From Thermoplasmatales archaeon (GTDB taxonomy: Archaea > Thermoplasmatota > Thermoplasmata > Thermoplasmatales > GCA-001856825): a DNA stretch of 64,000 nt. Under the pieces are notes generated by a model that was not told where the DNA came from, did no database searches, and was given only the letters and a program-made list of their open reading frames with translations. The first letter of the stretch is position 1. Every line of letters begins with the position of its first letter. The stretch is taken from assembly GCA_038734825.1 (NCBI GenBank), contig JAVYOD010000001.1, positions 1,382 through 65,381 on the forward strand, written 5' to 3'. Shown here in pieces: positions 19,323-28,824 of this stretch. Both the position numbers and the translations under genes were made by a program.

Positions 19323-19389
19323 TTGCTAGAGATTATGAATTAGTCGAGGAAAAGCTTAAAAGGTCGTAATTTTTTAACTTTTGATAATT

Positions 19390-20130
19390 ATGCTTGAAAT
19401 CAAAGTTGACGCTAAGACTATCAGGGAATTCTTTAATCTCATCTTAACACTTGTTCAAGAAGCACGGGTCGATTTTAAGTCAGACGGGATCTCATCCAAA
19501 GTTATGGATCCTGCCAGAGTGGCCATGATATCACTGGAGATCAAAAAGGATGCATTCCAGGAATTCAATGTGGATGGTGAAGATAGCCTTGGACTAGATA
19601 TCGAGAAAATGAGAAATTTCCTTAGGTTAACAGGTCCCGATGATATAATAGATATAAAGTTTGATGGAAAGAAAATTTCAATGAAAGTAGGAAATCTTTC
19701 GGCGAGTGTACCGATGATAGATCCCTCAACGCTAACTACTCCTAAAATACCCACCATAGAGCCCCAAGATAAGATTGTGACAGACCTATCCCTTTTAATG
19801 AAAGGGATCAAGGCGGCAGAAGGTATATCTGAGGTTGTTACATTTTCCATGAAGGCCGATGAAGTCAAAATATTTGCAAAAGGTGAGACTGACTCGGAAA
19901 CTACAGAGATGACCGTGCCGAGAAGTCAGGCCAAGGAATACATATACAGTTCTGATGCAAAAAGTTCATTTGCGCTCGAATACCTGACAAAGTTTTTGAG
20001 AGCATTAGAGAGCACTGACGAGATATCAATCGCGATCGGAAATGATTACCCTCTGAGAATGGAAGCACCAATACTTAACGGAAAAGGTAAGGTCACATTT
20101 CTAATTGCACCTAGAATAGAGAACATCTGA
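19390..20130 (+). CDS. pcn: DNA polymerase sliding clamp PCNA
   Basis: About 246 aa. The two-domain pattern (MLEIKVDAKTIREF..., LGLDIEKM, YLTKFLRA, PLRMEAP, FLIAPRIE) is typical of archaeal PCNA. Confidence 0.85.
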   Translation: MLEIKVDAKTIREFFNLILTLVQEARVDFKSDGISSKVMDPARVAMISLEIKKDAFQEFNVDGEDSLGLDIEKMRNFLRLTGPDDIIDIKFDGKKISMKVGNLSASVPMIDPSTLTTPKIPTIEPQDKIVTDLSLLMKGIKAAEGISEVVTFSMKADEVKIFAKGETDSETTEMTVPRSQAKEYIYSSDAKSSFALEYLTKFLRALESTDEISIAIGNDYPLRMEAPILNGKGKVTFLIAPRIENI

Positions 20131-20803
20131 ACCTGCTGGTCCTAAGACCGGAAATCGCCCTGAGCTTGAATAAGAATAGAAGGTTTCTTATACCATCCTT
20201 CCAAGGTTTTAATTTCTTCTCTCCCATTCTCCTCTGGTACGTGATAGGTATTTCAACATAGCAGAATTGAACTGCCGCCCTAATTTTTATTTCTTCCGAG
20301 AATTCCATTCCTGTCCCTATAGGCAGAATTTTCGGTAGCACTTCCCGCTTGAAGAGCCACATTCCGGACTGACTGTCCTTGATATCTACCATAAAGAGTA
20401 CCCGACATACTAAATTGAGGATGATATTTCCAACCATGTGCATCGAACTCATTGCTTCCTTTGAAACTCCTGAAAGCCGTTCACCGCTCACGAAATCTGC
20501 GCCCTTTTTTAAGGCATCTAGTAAAAGTGGAATGTTTGAACCAGGGTATGTACCATCGCCATCCAATGTACATATTATGTCTCCTTTCGCAGCCATGAAA
20601 CCTCTCTTGTACGCGTAGCCATACCCCTTGATCTTTTCATTTACTACAATCGCACCTTTAGAACGAGCGATCTCTGCAGTTCTATCTGTTGAGTCTGAAT
20701 CAACAACTATGATTTCACCTTCTTTGTCGATTTCCCTTATGGAATCTATGACTCCACCTATCGTAGCCTCCTCATTCATAGCAGGAATTATATAAGTGAT
20801 CAC
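20111..20803 (-). CDS. family 2 glycosyltransferase (dolichyl-phosphate sugar transferase-like)
   Basis: IIPAMNEE...VVDSDSTD...LDGDG is a GT-A DxD layout. Confidence 0.75.
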   Translation of the reverse strand: MITYIIPAMNEEATIGGVIDSIREIDKEGEIIVVDSDSTDRTAEIARSKGAIVVNEKIKGYGYAYKRGFMAAKGDIICTLDGDGTYPGSNIPLLLDALKKGADFVSGERLSGVSKEAMSSMHMVGNIILNLVCRVLFMVDIKDSQSGMWLFKREVLPKILPIGTGMEFSEEIKIRAAVQFCYVEIPITYQRRMGEKKLKPWKDGIRNLLFLFKLRAISGLRTSRFRCSLF

Positions 20804-21606
20804 TCGAAACCACCAAACGCATAACCTATTATTCCGGAAACAAGCCTGGATGATTCTATAAACGGATGTTTCTTCAAATTTGAAAAATTCAGGCTGCTCC
20901 TCAGACCATGCTTTTTTCTTATGAGCCTTCGGCCGACGCCGTCATAGTAACTCTGTTTCATGAGCGAGGAAAAGGATAACCTCGGACGGTGAAAGACTAC
21001 AAGCTCTTCGTCATAAAATATCTTGAACCCAGCCTTTACCGCCCTTATATTAAGGTCTATATCTTCAGCAGTATTGAAATTTTCATCGAATGTACCTATC
21101 TTCTCTATGACCTTTCTAGAATACATCAGATTGTTAGAGGGAAATGTTACATCTGTTCCTTCGAAATACATAGGAACCCGATTTAAATCTGCCCACTTCT
21201 TTACAGATTCCTGAATTATCCTTCCTGCCACGATATCCCTGCCCATATCTCTCATTAATATTTCACCCCAATTACGGGATACTTCTGTATCAGAATCCAA
21301 GAACACGAGATTTGAGCCAGAAGATAGTCTTATACATTCGTTTCTCCCCACTGACCTCTTTCCGGCTTTTCTCGAGAGAATGAGACCCATCTTTTCCCTG
21401 ATGTCTTCAAGGTATTCATATGTTCCATCTGTAGAGTATGCATCAACCACCACTATTTCAAATAGCCCACTAAACGTCCTGAGCGATTCCATGAGTCTTG
21501 GTATACTGTCCCTGTCATTTTTTACTGTTATTAGGACGGAAATATCCATCTGAACCTTATTGATAGGTTTAAGATTATGATTTCCATCTAATGTGCTAAA
21601 CTGCAT
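20800..21606 (-). CDS. family 2 glycosyltransferase
   Basis: VLITVKND...VVDAYSTDGT...LDSD...AEDIDL. 4-nt overlap with the downstream GT2 gene. Confidence 0.75.
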   Translation of the reverse strand: MQFSTLDGNHNLKPINKVQMDISVLITVKNDRDSIPRLMESLRTFSGLFEIVVVDAYSTDGTYEYLEDIREKMGLILSRKAGKRSVGRNECIRLSSGSNLVFLDSDTEVSRNWGEILMRDMGRDIVAGRIIQESVKKWADLNRVPMYFEGTDVTFPSNNLMYSRKVIEKIGTFDENFNTAEDIDLNIRAVKAGFKIFYDEELVVFHRPRLSFSSLMKQSYYDGVGRRLIRKKHGLRSSLNFSNLKKHPFIESSRLVSGIIGYAFGGFE

Positions 21607-21800
21607 TTTAAGGCCATTTTTAAATAAATAAATTTTTCAATATAAACGATAAAGTCCTTCCTCCCTTTGATTTTTTGATTGAATTAGCGTTTTTAAATGA
21701 TTATGTAAATAATTAATTCTAACCTCATTGTCGTAGAAATGGACCATTTCTAGAACGTCTATCCGCAACCATATTATCTGAGATTAAATTATCAAGCAAT

Positions 21801-22664
21801 ATGGTGCTTCTTCTGGATGAGGAGTACATAATTCAGCTAGATGATACGCCACCATTTTCCTGGATAAAGGATACGCCAGACAGGTTCATGTACTGCAGGA
21901 AGATTCAACATAAAAAAGTGCATATATACGCTAACTCCCCTCTCTATTCTATTGCCCTGATGGCTGAGGACCTGTTGGGTTCTGAGAGGGCAAGTGTATT
22001 TCATGGATACGAGATAAAGGATGGAGAACATTTGGACATCATACTTTCAGATGATGGGATATCGACAGACGCAATATCTGCCATCAGAAGCCAAAATAAG
22101 AAAGGTATCGTCTTTTCTGCAGGAGGAAGTATAAAGAAAGAAGCAAGAGAAAACGGGTGGGAATATCAATCGTTGCCTAAGGGGTATCCTATGAAGTTCA
22201 TGATGCCAGAAGTATTAGGGTGTATACTGTCTATGTTCGGAGAGGCCATTGACATAAGGGGGTTAAGCGAATTTATCAATATGCAGCTTCCCTCATCGAT
22301 ATCGCAGTATAACATATCAAAAAGACTCGCATATGAACTTCTTGATAAAGCAATAATTATTATATACGATGGAAATACAAAAGGGCTGGCGAACAGGTAC
22401 GTTGATCTTCTTAAAAGGAATGCGAACGTAAATGCTGTTGCAAGGCCAGTCGAATATTCTACAAATCTGCCCCCAAGCAGTGAAGCCAAATTCATAAATC
22501 TAACTAGTAACGGGGAAGTACCATCGCCAATCTCGGTAGAGGGATTTCCGTTCAATAACAACAATATAGAAGGGTACTTAAAAAATGAACTAGTCGGTGA
22601 ATTTACATCAGTTTATATGTCTATCCTTTTAGGGGTGGAAATAGATCTCCTTGAATTGAAGTGA
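21801..22664 (+). CDS. hypothetical protein with remote SIS / archaeal PGI-PMI-like layout (degenerate)
   Basis: By-eye co-linearity with archaeal bifunctional PGI/PMI. ILSDDGIST aligns with SYSGNT, VFSAGGSI with TTGG, LPKGYPMKF with PK..PR, and ANRYVDLLKRNANV with RyKn.fNENAK. The GMGGSG loop is not conserved. Confidence 0.3.
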   Translation: MVLLLDEEYIIQLDDTPPFSWIKDTPDRFMYCRKIQHKKVHIYANSPLYSIALMAEDLLGSERASVFHGYEIKDGEHLDIILSDDGISTDAISAIRSQNKKGIVFSAGGSIKKEARENGWEYQSLPKGYPMKFMMPEVLGCILSMFGEAIDIRGLSEFINMQLPSSISQYNISKRLAYELLDKAIIIIYDGNTKGLANRYVDLLKRNANVNAVARPVEYSTNLPPSSEAKFINLTSNGEVPSPISVEGFPFNNNNIEGYLKNELVGEFTSVYMSILLGVEIDLLELK

Positions 22665-22716
22665 ATTACTAAATCTAAATTAAAGTTTATATGTTGAAAG
22701 AATATAGTATTACGTA

Positions 22717-23085
22717 ATGAAAAAAGAGCCAGTTGGCGAAATTATTGAAGAGTACTCAAAAAAACCATATATTGACAGCCTCTTGCTAGTATCCAGCGTA
22801 AACGGTTCAATATCAAGCACCAAAAATGTTCCGGCAATTACCCGATCTATGGCCTCTTTATTGAGCATCACGTACGAAGGTACCAGGGAGCTTGTGAGCA
22901 ACGTTGGGCTAAAACTTTCTGAGGTTGATGTCAAAACCCATAATGGTCAAAGCATTATCATAAAACCTCTAGACGATATACATTTCCTCGCTGTCCAGGT
23001 AAGGTCATATGATGAAAAAGTGATGCAGGATTTAGATAACCTAATAAGCGTTCTAGGATCGCGTGTAGATGATCTTGAACTCTGA
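22717..23085 (+). CDS. Roadblock/LC7 (MglB-like) domain protein, tentative
   Basis: 122 aa. The pattern IDSLLLVSSVNGSISS...SMASLL...DVKTHNGQSIIIKPLDDIHFLAV resembles the Roadblock/LC7 fold signature. Confidence 0.4.
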   Translation: MKKEPVGEIIEEYSKKPYIDSLLLVSSVNGSISSTKNVPAITRSMASLLSITYEGTRELVSNVGLKLSEVDVKTHNGQSIIIKPLDDIHFLAVQVRSYDEKVMQDLDNLISVLGSRVDDLEL

Positions 23086-23849
23086 AAGCTTATAAGAAAG
23101 AAAAGTCTGAAATTGCTTCGCATTCGTAAATATCTCATAAAGTGTATTAGCATATACGAGAAATGAGTTTACGGTACTAAATAGTAAGATATCGATATTT
23201 AGTTATTTCCATAGAAATGTAATTCAATGCAAATGTTGACAGTGATTTTTAGTAACTTAAGAATCATTAATCTTAAGCGATAGGCGAAATGGTAAAAAGT
23301 TTGATTATAAATTCTCATTATTCTAACCATCCCTTACGTAATCTAATTGCTCTTAACCATCTTAATCTCGAAAAGTGAAGCACTACTAGTTTTCAATTAT
23401 ATGAATTCAGCAAAGCTCGCTTCGCTACATGCAGTTATTTCAGAAATTTTCATCGTCCAGGGAACTTAGATATGCTCTGCTGAATAGGATCAATAAATCT
23501 AAGATCGCGGCACTACAAAGTCACAAATTGGTTATAGCCTTTTTTTAACCATATATCTTGATCCTTGTGTTACATTTGTTCGTTACATTCCCGCTCAAAA
23601 TAAGGAAAAAGGTGATCCCTTCGCTAATTAGATTGAAACGCGAAATGCTAGAATAATATTTGGAGATACAAATGAATTCTTCAAAAATTTTTAAACTTAA
23701 CGCTGAACCTTGGTAAACTTAAGCACAATATCGGAAACTCATGCGAATGACATGAGAAAACCTGATCTCGCAACATACAGCTTAAAAATGATTGAAAATT
23801 CTGTTTGTCACGACATTTGGTCTCAATACCATTAACTTTTTTAGTTTCC

Positions 23850-23926
23850 ATATCTAAAATTTTAATTGAAAAGTATTAAATATCTAAATTAGATATCTCT
23901 TTAAGATATCTAAAACAGATATCAGG
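23850..23926 (+). promoter_or_regulatory. cluster of five (A/G)ATATC(T) motifs, candidate PadR operator and promoter
   Basis: ATATCTAAAA at 23850, ATATCTAAAT at 23880, AGATATCT at 23891, ATATCTAAAA at 23906 and AGATATCAGG at 23917. The last motif ends 12 nt before the PadR ATG at 23938. Confidence 0.45.
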
Positions 23927-23937
23927 ACGGTGAGAAA

Positions 23938-24417
23938 ATGAATGGAGAATTTGGAGGATGGAGGCATCGTGGAATGGAAGGTTGGAGTGGGACTGTTAGG
24001 GGCCACCACACCGGATTCGGACTCAGGTACCTGATCTTGGGGATAACTCAGAAACAACCTTCAACTGGCGCCATGATAATGGATTCATTGGAACAGATAA
24101 CCATGGGAAGATGGAGACCATCACCAGGCCATGTTTATCCACTCCTAGAGGAGATGACAGATGAAGGTCTTCTTAACATGGAAATAAAAGAAGGAAGAAA
24201 ATTTTACAGTCCAACTGACAAGGGAAAGCAGGTTCTAGACGAGAGCTGGTTCCCATGGAGATTTGCACAGGGGATTCAAACATCATCCTATAAGGATGCT
24301 ATTAGAAACCTGGAATTATTGACAGATTTTCTAGTGGACTCAAAGGATAAGATAAAAGAAGACCCAGAGGCGAAGAAAAAAATTAAGGATATAATAGATA
24401 GATTGCAATATATCTAA
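23938..24417 (+). CDS. PadR-family transcriptional regulator
   Basis: Winged helix with GHVYPLLEEMTDEGLL (PadR YP.L..L...G) and Y.PTDKGK. Confidence 0.75.
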   Translation: MNGEFGGWRHRGMEGWSGTVRGHHTGFGLRYLILGITQKQPSTGAMIMDSLEQITMGRWRPSPGHVYPLLEEMTDEGLLNMEIKEGRKFYSPTDKGKQVLDESWFPWRFAQGIQTSSYKDAIRNLELLTDFLVDSKDKIKEDPEAKKKIKDIIDRLQYI

Positions 24418-24419
24418 TT

Positions 24420-25049
24420 TTATATCCTTTTGAACCCCCTTAGAATATAATCTTTCCCGAGTTTTAGATAGAGGGAAATTGCACCAATCGCGTTAAGATC
24501 AATACCCAGCAACTTGACGTGGCCCAAAAGGATCTCCTTCCTGATAGATTCTTCGTCACTCGCTTCAACCTCCATATAAGCGCGGCCAATTTCCTCGTAG
24601 TGGTGAGCATCGCTGCCTGCGGTACAAGGTTTTGATTCTGCTAATAAATTTAATGCTTTCCCGTTGCACTTTGAATTGCACCGACCGTTCTTAGCTTCTA
24701 TAGCATCATAAACATTCCTATAAGCATTCCTCAGACCGTTCACCCTTCGAAAGGGGTGCGCCGCAACAGCAATTCCGTTCCTCTCGTGAATAGCTTCCAC
24801 CGTCTCCTCCTGAGTCAAGCCCTTCCTCACCTCCCCTTGGAGGAAAAGGCCTAGAATATGCCCATCTATAGATGATATCTCTTCTCCCTGAATTGCGATG
24901 ATACCATTTAGTTTGTGCGTGTGGAATGAGTTGTGATCTGTTATAGCTATGAAGCCAAGGCCCATTGACCGTGCAACTTTACCAATCATTTCCGGTTCAA
25001 GATTTGAATCCACAGAATACTTGGAATGTATGTGAAGGTCCCCTTTCAT
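24420..25049 (-). CDS. PHP-domain metal-dependent phosphoesterase
   Basis: GDLHIHSKYSVDS, ITDHN, AHP and GSDAH are PHP motifs. 4-nt overlap with metG. Confidence 0.75.
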   Translation of the reverse strand: MKGDLHIHSKYSVDSNLEPEMIGKVARSMGLGFIAITDHNSFHTHKLNGIIAIQGEEISSIDGHILGLFLQGEVRKGLTQEETVEAIHERNGIAVAAHPFRRVNGLRNAYRNVYDAIEAKNGRCNSKCNGKALNLLAESKPCTAGSDAHHYEEIGRAYMEVEASDEESIRKEILLGHVKLLGIDLNAIGAISLYLKLGKDYILRGFKRI

Positions 25050-27148
25050 TTAATCTTTAAACCTCCCGCCGGTGAACCGTCCACGAACAACTCCTGGTCC
25101 ATTGCCTTCAGGAAGAATGATCTCCCTCCAAAAGTCATCTTGGCAAGTGTTCTTCCATTTACCACTTCCGTTTTTATGTCCATTTTCCTAAAGTCATCTA
25201 TTGATATTTCAGAATCTTCTATTTCAAACCCTCCGAGGTTCACAATTTCCCCTTCTTTCACAGATTCAGGAGAAAGGAGAAGATGAACACCTTTCTCGTC
25301 TTCAGCCGCAAGGAGCATACCGTTCGATTTGACCCCCCTTATAACTGCAGGCTTCAAATTGTAAACAATTACTATCTTCTTTCCAATCAGATCTTCTTTA
25401 CTATAACTATCCCTTATGCCACTTACAATTGTTCTCTTCTCGCTGCCCAGGTCAAGATCAAGAACATAGAGCTTTTCTGCATTTGGATGCTCTACTACCT
25501 TTTCTATCTTTGCTACCACTAGCTTCAGGTTTACCTTCGTCTCACTGATCTTTTGGAACAGTCGTTCCGGTTTTGTAACAATCTTGGCAACCGGAAAATT
25601 CAGATCCTGGACTAAAGGGACACGTTCAGAATAGCCCAACCAGGAGAGTATCTTCTCTGATGTAGCAGGGAGAAAAATCTGGCCCGAGACGGCAAGGGCA
25701 AACACGAGCTTAACGCCCGTATATATAGCAGCATTGCAATCACCGTTACTAGTTTTGCAGGATTCCCAGGGCTTCCTCCGTGTAAAATATGAGTTGCTGT
25801 AGTAAACTAGGTCTAACCATCTTCTGAATGCCTCGCGTATGTTCACATTTTCCATGTTTTCAATAATGCTCCCCAGCGTACTCCTTATCTTCATTTCTGC
25901 CTCAATATCTATATCGTTCTGAGCTATTTGATCAATAGAAACCGGACCGTGCTTGAAAGCAAGCACAAGAGCTCTGTTAACAAAATTCCCGAACTTGTCG
26001 ATCATCTCAGTATTAACTTTATTCTGGAATTCCTCTAGTGTGAAATCAGAATCGTGCTCTTCAGGAAGATTGTAAAAAACTCCAAACCTTATGAATTCTG
26101 GGTCATACTTTTCAAGCATTTCAGGCATAAAGACGCCGGTTCCCCTACTCTTAGAAAACTTTTCCCCCTTGAAGTTTAGATACTCGTTTGCAGCTATGTA
26201 ATAAGGCAGTGTTAATCCCTTATGAGCAATTAACATGCCAGGCCATATGATTGAATGGAATACAATGTTGTCCTTACCCATGAAATAGTAGTGTTTTATA
26301 TCAGGATCTGACCAGAGTTCCATGGCGTCCTCATAACTGCCAAGAAATGTCGCGATCCCGGTGATATATCCTATAAGAGCCTCAAACCACACATATATCC
26401 TCTTGTTCTCGTAACCTTCTTTTGGAACCTCAACCCCCCAGCTTAGATCCCTAGTTATAGGTCTATCCTTTAAGCCTTCATTTATGAAATTTCTCGAGTA
26501 GCGCAGAACATTTTGCCTCCAGTAGGTTTTATTTTCAACATAATTTCTTAACTCATCTTGGAGACTTGACAATTTGAAGAAGAGATGCTTCGTTTTTCTG
26601 AATTCCGGTGTGGTTCGATCGAAGATGCAAACCGGATCAATAAGATCCGTAGGTTCTAGCGCGGACCCACAGTTCTCACATTGGTCTCCTGTAGCCTGTT
26701 CGTACCCGCAGTACGGGCATTTCCCGGTAACGTACCTGTCAGCTAGAAAAATTGATTCCTTAACGCAAAAAGGCTGGGTCATCTCAGCTTCGTAGATGAA
26801 ACCAGCTTCCATAATTTTCTCTACAAAATTTTTTACAACCTTCTTATGCAACTCTGATGAAGTTTCGATGTAGGCATCAAATTCTATACCCATTTTTTTA
26901 AAGATTTCTCTATTTATTTTATGATATCTCGAGACTATATCCTGAGGCGGAACCCCCTCTCTAATAGATCTCAGGGTTATGGGTGTGCCATGTTCGTCAC
27001 TGCCGGATGCGGATATTATCTCAACGCCTCTCAATTTGAGAAATCTCCTGAAGGCATCGTATGGAAGGTAGGCACCAGCTATTTGACCGAGATGTAGTGC
27101 GCCGTTAGCATAAGGTAACGCAACGAAAATAAACGCTTTGGGTTTCAC
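25046..27148 (-). CDS. metG: methionyl-tRNA synthetase with C-terminal tRNA-binding (EMAP/Trbp111-like) domain
   Basis: PYANGALHLGQ (HIGH region), KFSKSRG (KMSKS), a Zn knuckle CPYCG...CENCG, and the C-terminal LVVAKIEKVVEHPNAEKLYVL. GTG start. Confidence 0.9.
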   Translation of the reverse strand: MKPKAFIFVALPYANGALHLGQIAGAYLPYDAFRRFLKLRGVEIISASGSDEHGTPITLRSIREGVPPQDIVSRYHKINREIFKKMGIEFDAYIETSSELHKKVVKNFVEKIMEAGFIYEAEMTQPFCVKESIFLADRYVTGKCPYCGYEQATGDQCENCGSALEPTDLIDPVCIFDRTTPEFRKTKHLFFKLSSLQDELRNYVENKTYWRQNVLRYSRNFINEGLKDRPITRDLSWGVEVPKEGYENKRIYVWFEALIGYITGIATFLGSYEDAMELWSDPDIKHYYFMGKDNIVFHSIIWPGMLIAHKGLTLPYYIAANEYLNFKGEKFSKSRGTGVFMPEMLEKYDPEFIRFGVFYNLPEEHDSDFTLEEFQNKVNTEMIDKFGNFVNRALVLAFKHGPVSIDQIAQNDIDIEAEMKIRSTLGSIIENMENVNIREAFRRWLDLVYYSNSYFTRRKPWESCKTSNGDCNAAIYTGVKLVFALAVSGQIFLPATSEKILSWLGYSERVPLVQDLNFPVAKIVTKPERLFQKISETKVNLKLVVAKIEKVVEHPNAEKLYVLDLDLGSEKRTIVSGIRDSYSKEDLIGKKIVIVYNLKPAVIRGVKSNGMLLAAEDEKGVHLLLSPESVKEGEIVNLGGFEIEDSEISIDDFRKMDIKTEVVNGRTLAKMTFGGRSFFLKAMDQELFVDGSPAGGLKIK

Positions 27149-27199
27149 CAGCTCAGATCAACAAATAGTATATAAAATCACACAAAATAAAAAAGAAAA

Positions 27200-27580
27200 T
27201 TAATGGGCTTTAACTCCAAGTTTTGAGGAGGTTCGCCCATAGCTTGCTGAGTACAAAGCGTAAAGGTAGCTTATGGCAGCAATCGCAGCAGTTGTTGCAG
27301 CAAGGTACAGGAACATTCGACTACCGCCCACTATTATCTCAACAGCGTATATTACCGCGAGACCTGCACCAAGATAGATGAATGGAACGATCCTTACATA
27401 TCTGTTCTGCGAACTGTATAGAGCAAGGTACGAGGCTAGCGAATATGCCAGCAGAGCGAAGGATGTGTATAGTATCGCCTGAAGAAGTGTGTGTGCTAAC
27501 TGGAATATGTATAGAATGAATAGAATAGAAGCTAGAAATCCGAGTATGCCGGAAACTAGCTTAAAATTCTTTTTATCCAT
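27200..27580 (-). CDS. small 4-TM membrane protein, tightly coupled downstream of ftsZ
   Basis: Four hydrophobic segments. The ATG at 27580 lies 1 nt after the ftsZ stop (27582-27584). Confidence 0.5.
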   Translation of the reverse strand: MDKKNFKLVSGILGFLASILFILYIFQLAHTLLQAILYTSFALLAYSLASYLALYSSQNRYVRIVPFIYLGAGLAVIYAVEIIVGGSRMFLYLAATTAAIAAISYLYALYSASYGRTSSKLGVKAH

Positions 27581-27581
27581 T

Positions 27582-28670
27582 TTACATCACCGAGTCAACC
27601 TCTGCATCTAGACCCCTTGCCCCTTTAATTGCAACGCCCTTAGTAGAGCTGAGGAAATACGGAGAGTTAACACCAGTCAGTACAACAAGCACCTTGAATT
27701 CTCCCTTTAGATTCGGATCCACGGAAGCCCCCCATACTATCCTAGCCATGGGATTTATCCTCTCTTGTATCAACCTGACGGCCATCTCGGCCTGGGAGAC
27801 ACTCATATCCTCACCTCCAACTATCCTTACGAGTGCACCCTTGGTCGTGGAAATGTCAGCCTCGATGAGAGGGGAAGTTATTGCCTCTGTCACTGCTTCC
27901 TCTACGCTCGCCTTTCCGCCAACGCTTTCCCCTATTCCTATCATTGCAACCCCTCCCTCCTTCATAACCGTCTGGATATCTGAGTAATCAAGGTTCACAA
28001 GTCCTGGTTTAGTAATTATCTCAGTTAGACCTTTAAGTGATTCCATGAGGATTTCGTCCGCAACCTTGAATGCTTGGTCGAGAGGGAGCCTAGGAACAAT
28101 TTCTAGAAGCTTATCGTTAGGGATCACGATCGTAGTGTCTGAAACCTTTCTAAGCTTCTCGATGCCGTATAACGCGTTGTCCATCCTAACCCTACCCTCT
28201 GCTGAAAACGGTAGTGTAACGATGCTTATTACGAGGGATTTCTGCCTCTTAGCTGCTTCAGCAACTACCGGTGCAACACCGGTACCTGTCCCGCCACCCA
28301 TTCCCGATGTTATAAATACGATCTCCGAGTTCCCGATTAACGAGACTATTTCGTCGTAGCTTTCCCTTGCAGCCTCTTCACCGACCTGCGGAAGTGCACC
28401 TGCGCCCCTACCACCCGTTGTTCTCTTACCTACCAAGAGCTTTCTGTTCGCCTGAATGGTCAAAAGATGGGGAGCGTCTGTATTCATCGCTATGAGATCT
28501 GCCCCATAGATTCCAGATTTGGCGCATCTATTGATCGTGTTTGATCCCGCCCCACCACACCCTACAATTTTTATGTTTACTTTCAAGGATTCGACAATCC
28601 TGGCAAGCTCCTCATCGTCTGGAGAGACGAAGTTTCTCTGATTTTGGAGATTGTTGTCTACCATAGTCAT
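27582..28670 (-). CDS. ftsZ: cell division GTPase FtsZ
   Basis: IVGCGGAGSN, the tubulin signature GGGTGTG, and NVDFADV-equivalent VNLDYSDI. 362 aa. Confidence 0.92.
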   Translation of the reverse strand: MTMVDNNLQNQRNFVSPDDEELARIVESLKVNIKIVGCGGAGSNTINRCAKSGIYGADLIAMNTDAPHLLTIQANRKLLVGKRTTGGRGAGALPQVGEEAARESYDEIVSLIGNSEIVFITSGMGGGTGTGVAPVVAEAAKRQKSLVISIVTLPFSAEGRVRMDNALYGIEKLRKVSDTTIVIPNDKLLEIVPRLPLDQAFKVADEILMESLKGLTEIITKPGLVNLDYSDIQTVMKEGGVAMIGIGESVGGKASVEEAVTEAITSPLIEADISTTKGALVRIVGGEDMSVSQAEMAVRLIQERINPMARIVWGASVDPNLKGEFKVLVVLTGVNSPYFLSSTKGVAIKGARGLDAEVDSVM

Positions 28671-28824
28671 ACGTATGTCAGACGAGATATTTATACTTTT
28701 CTTACTAGTTCAAAAATAAGAAGGGTTTTTAGTGTAAGACATTTTTAAAATATAACCATCTAAATAAACCAGGGGAAGAAAAATGGCCAATATTTCCATA
28801 AAATTTGATTCAAGAATTTGGAAA

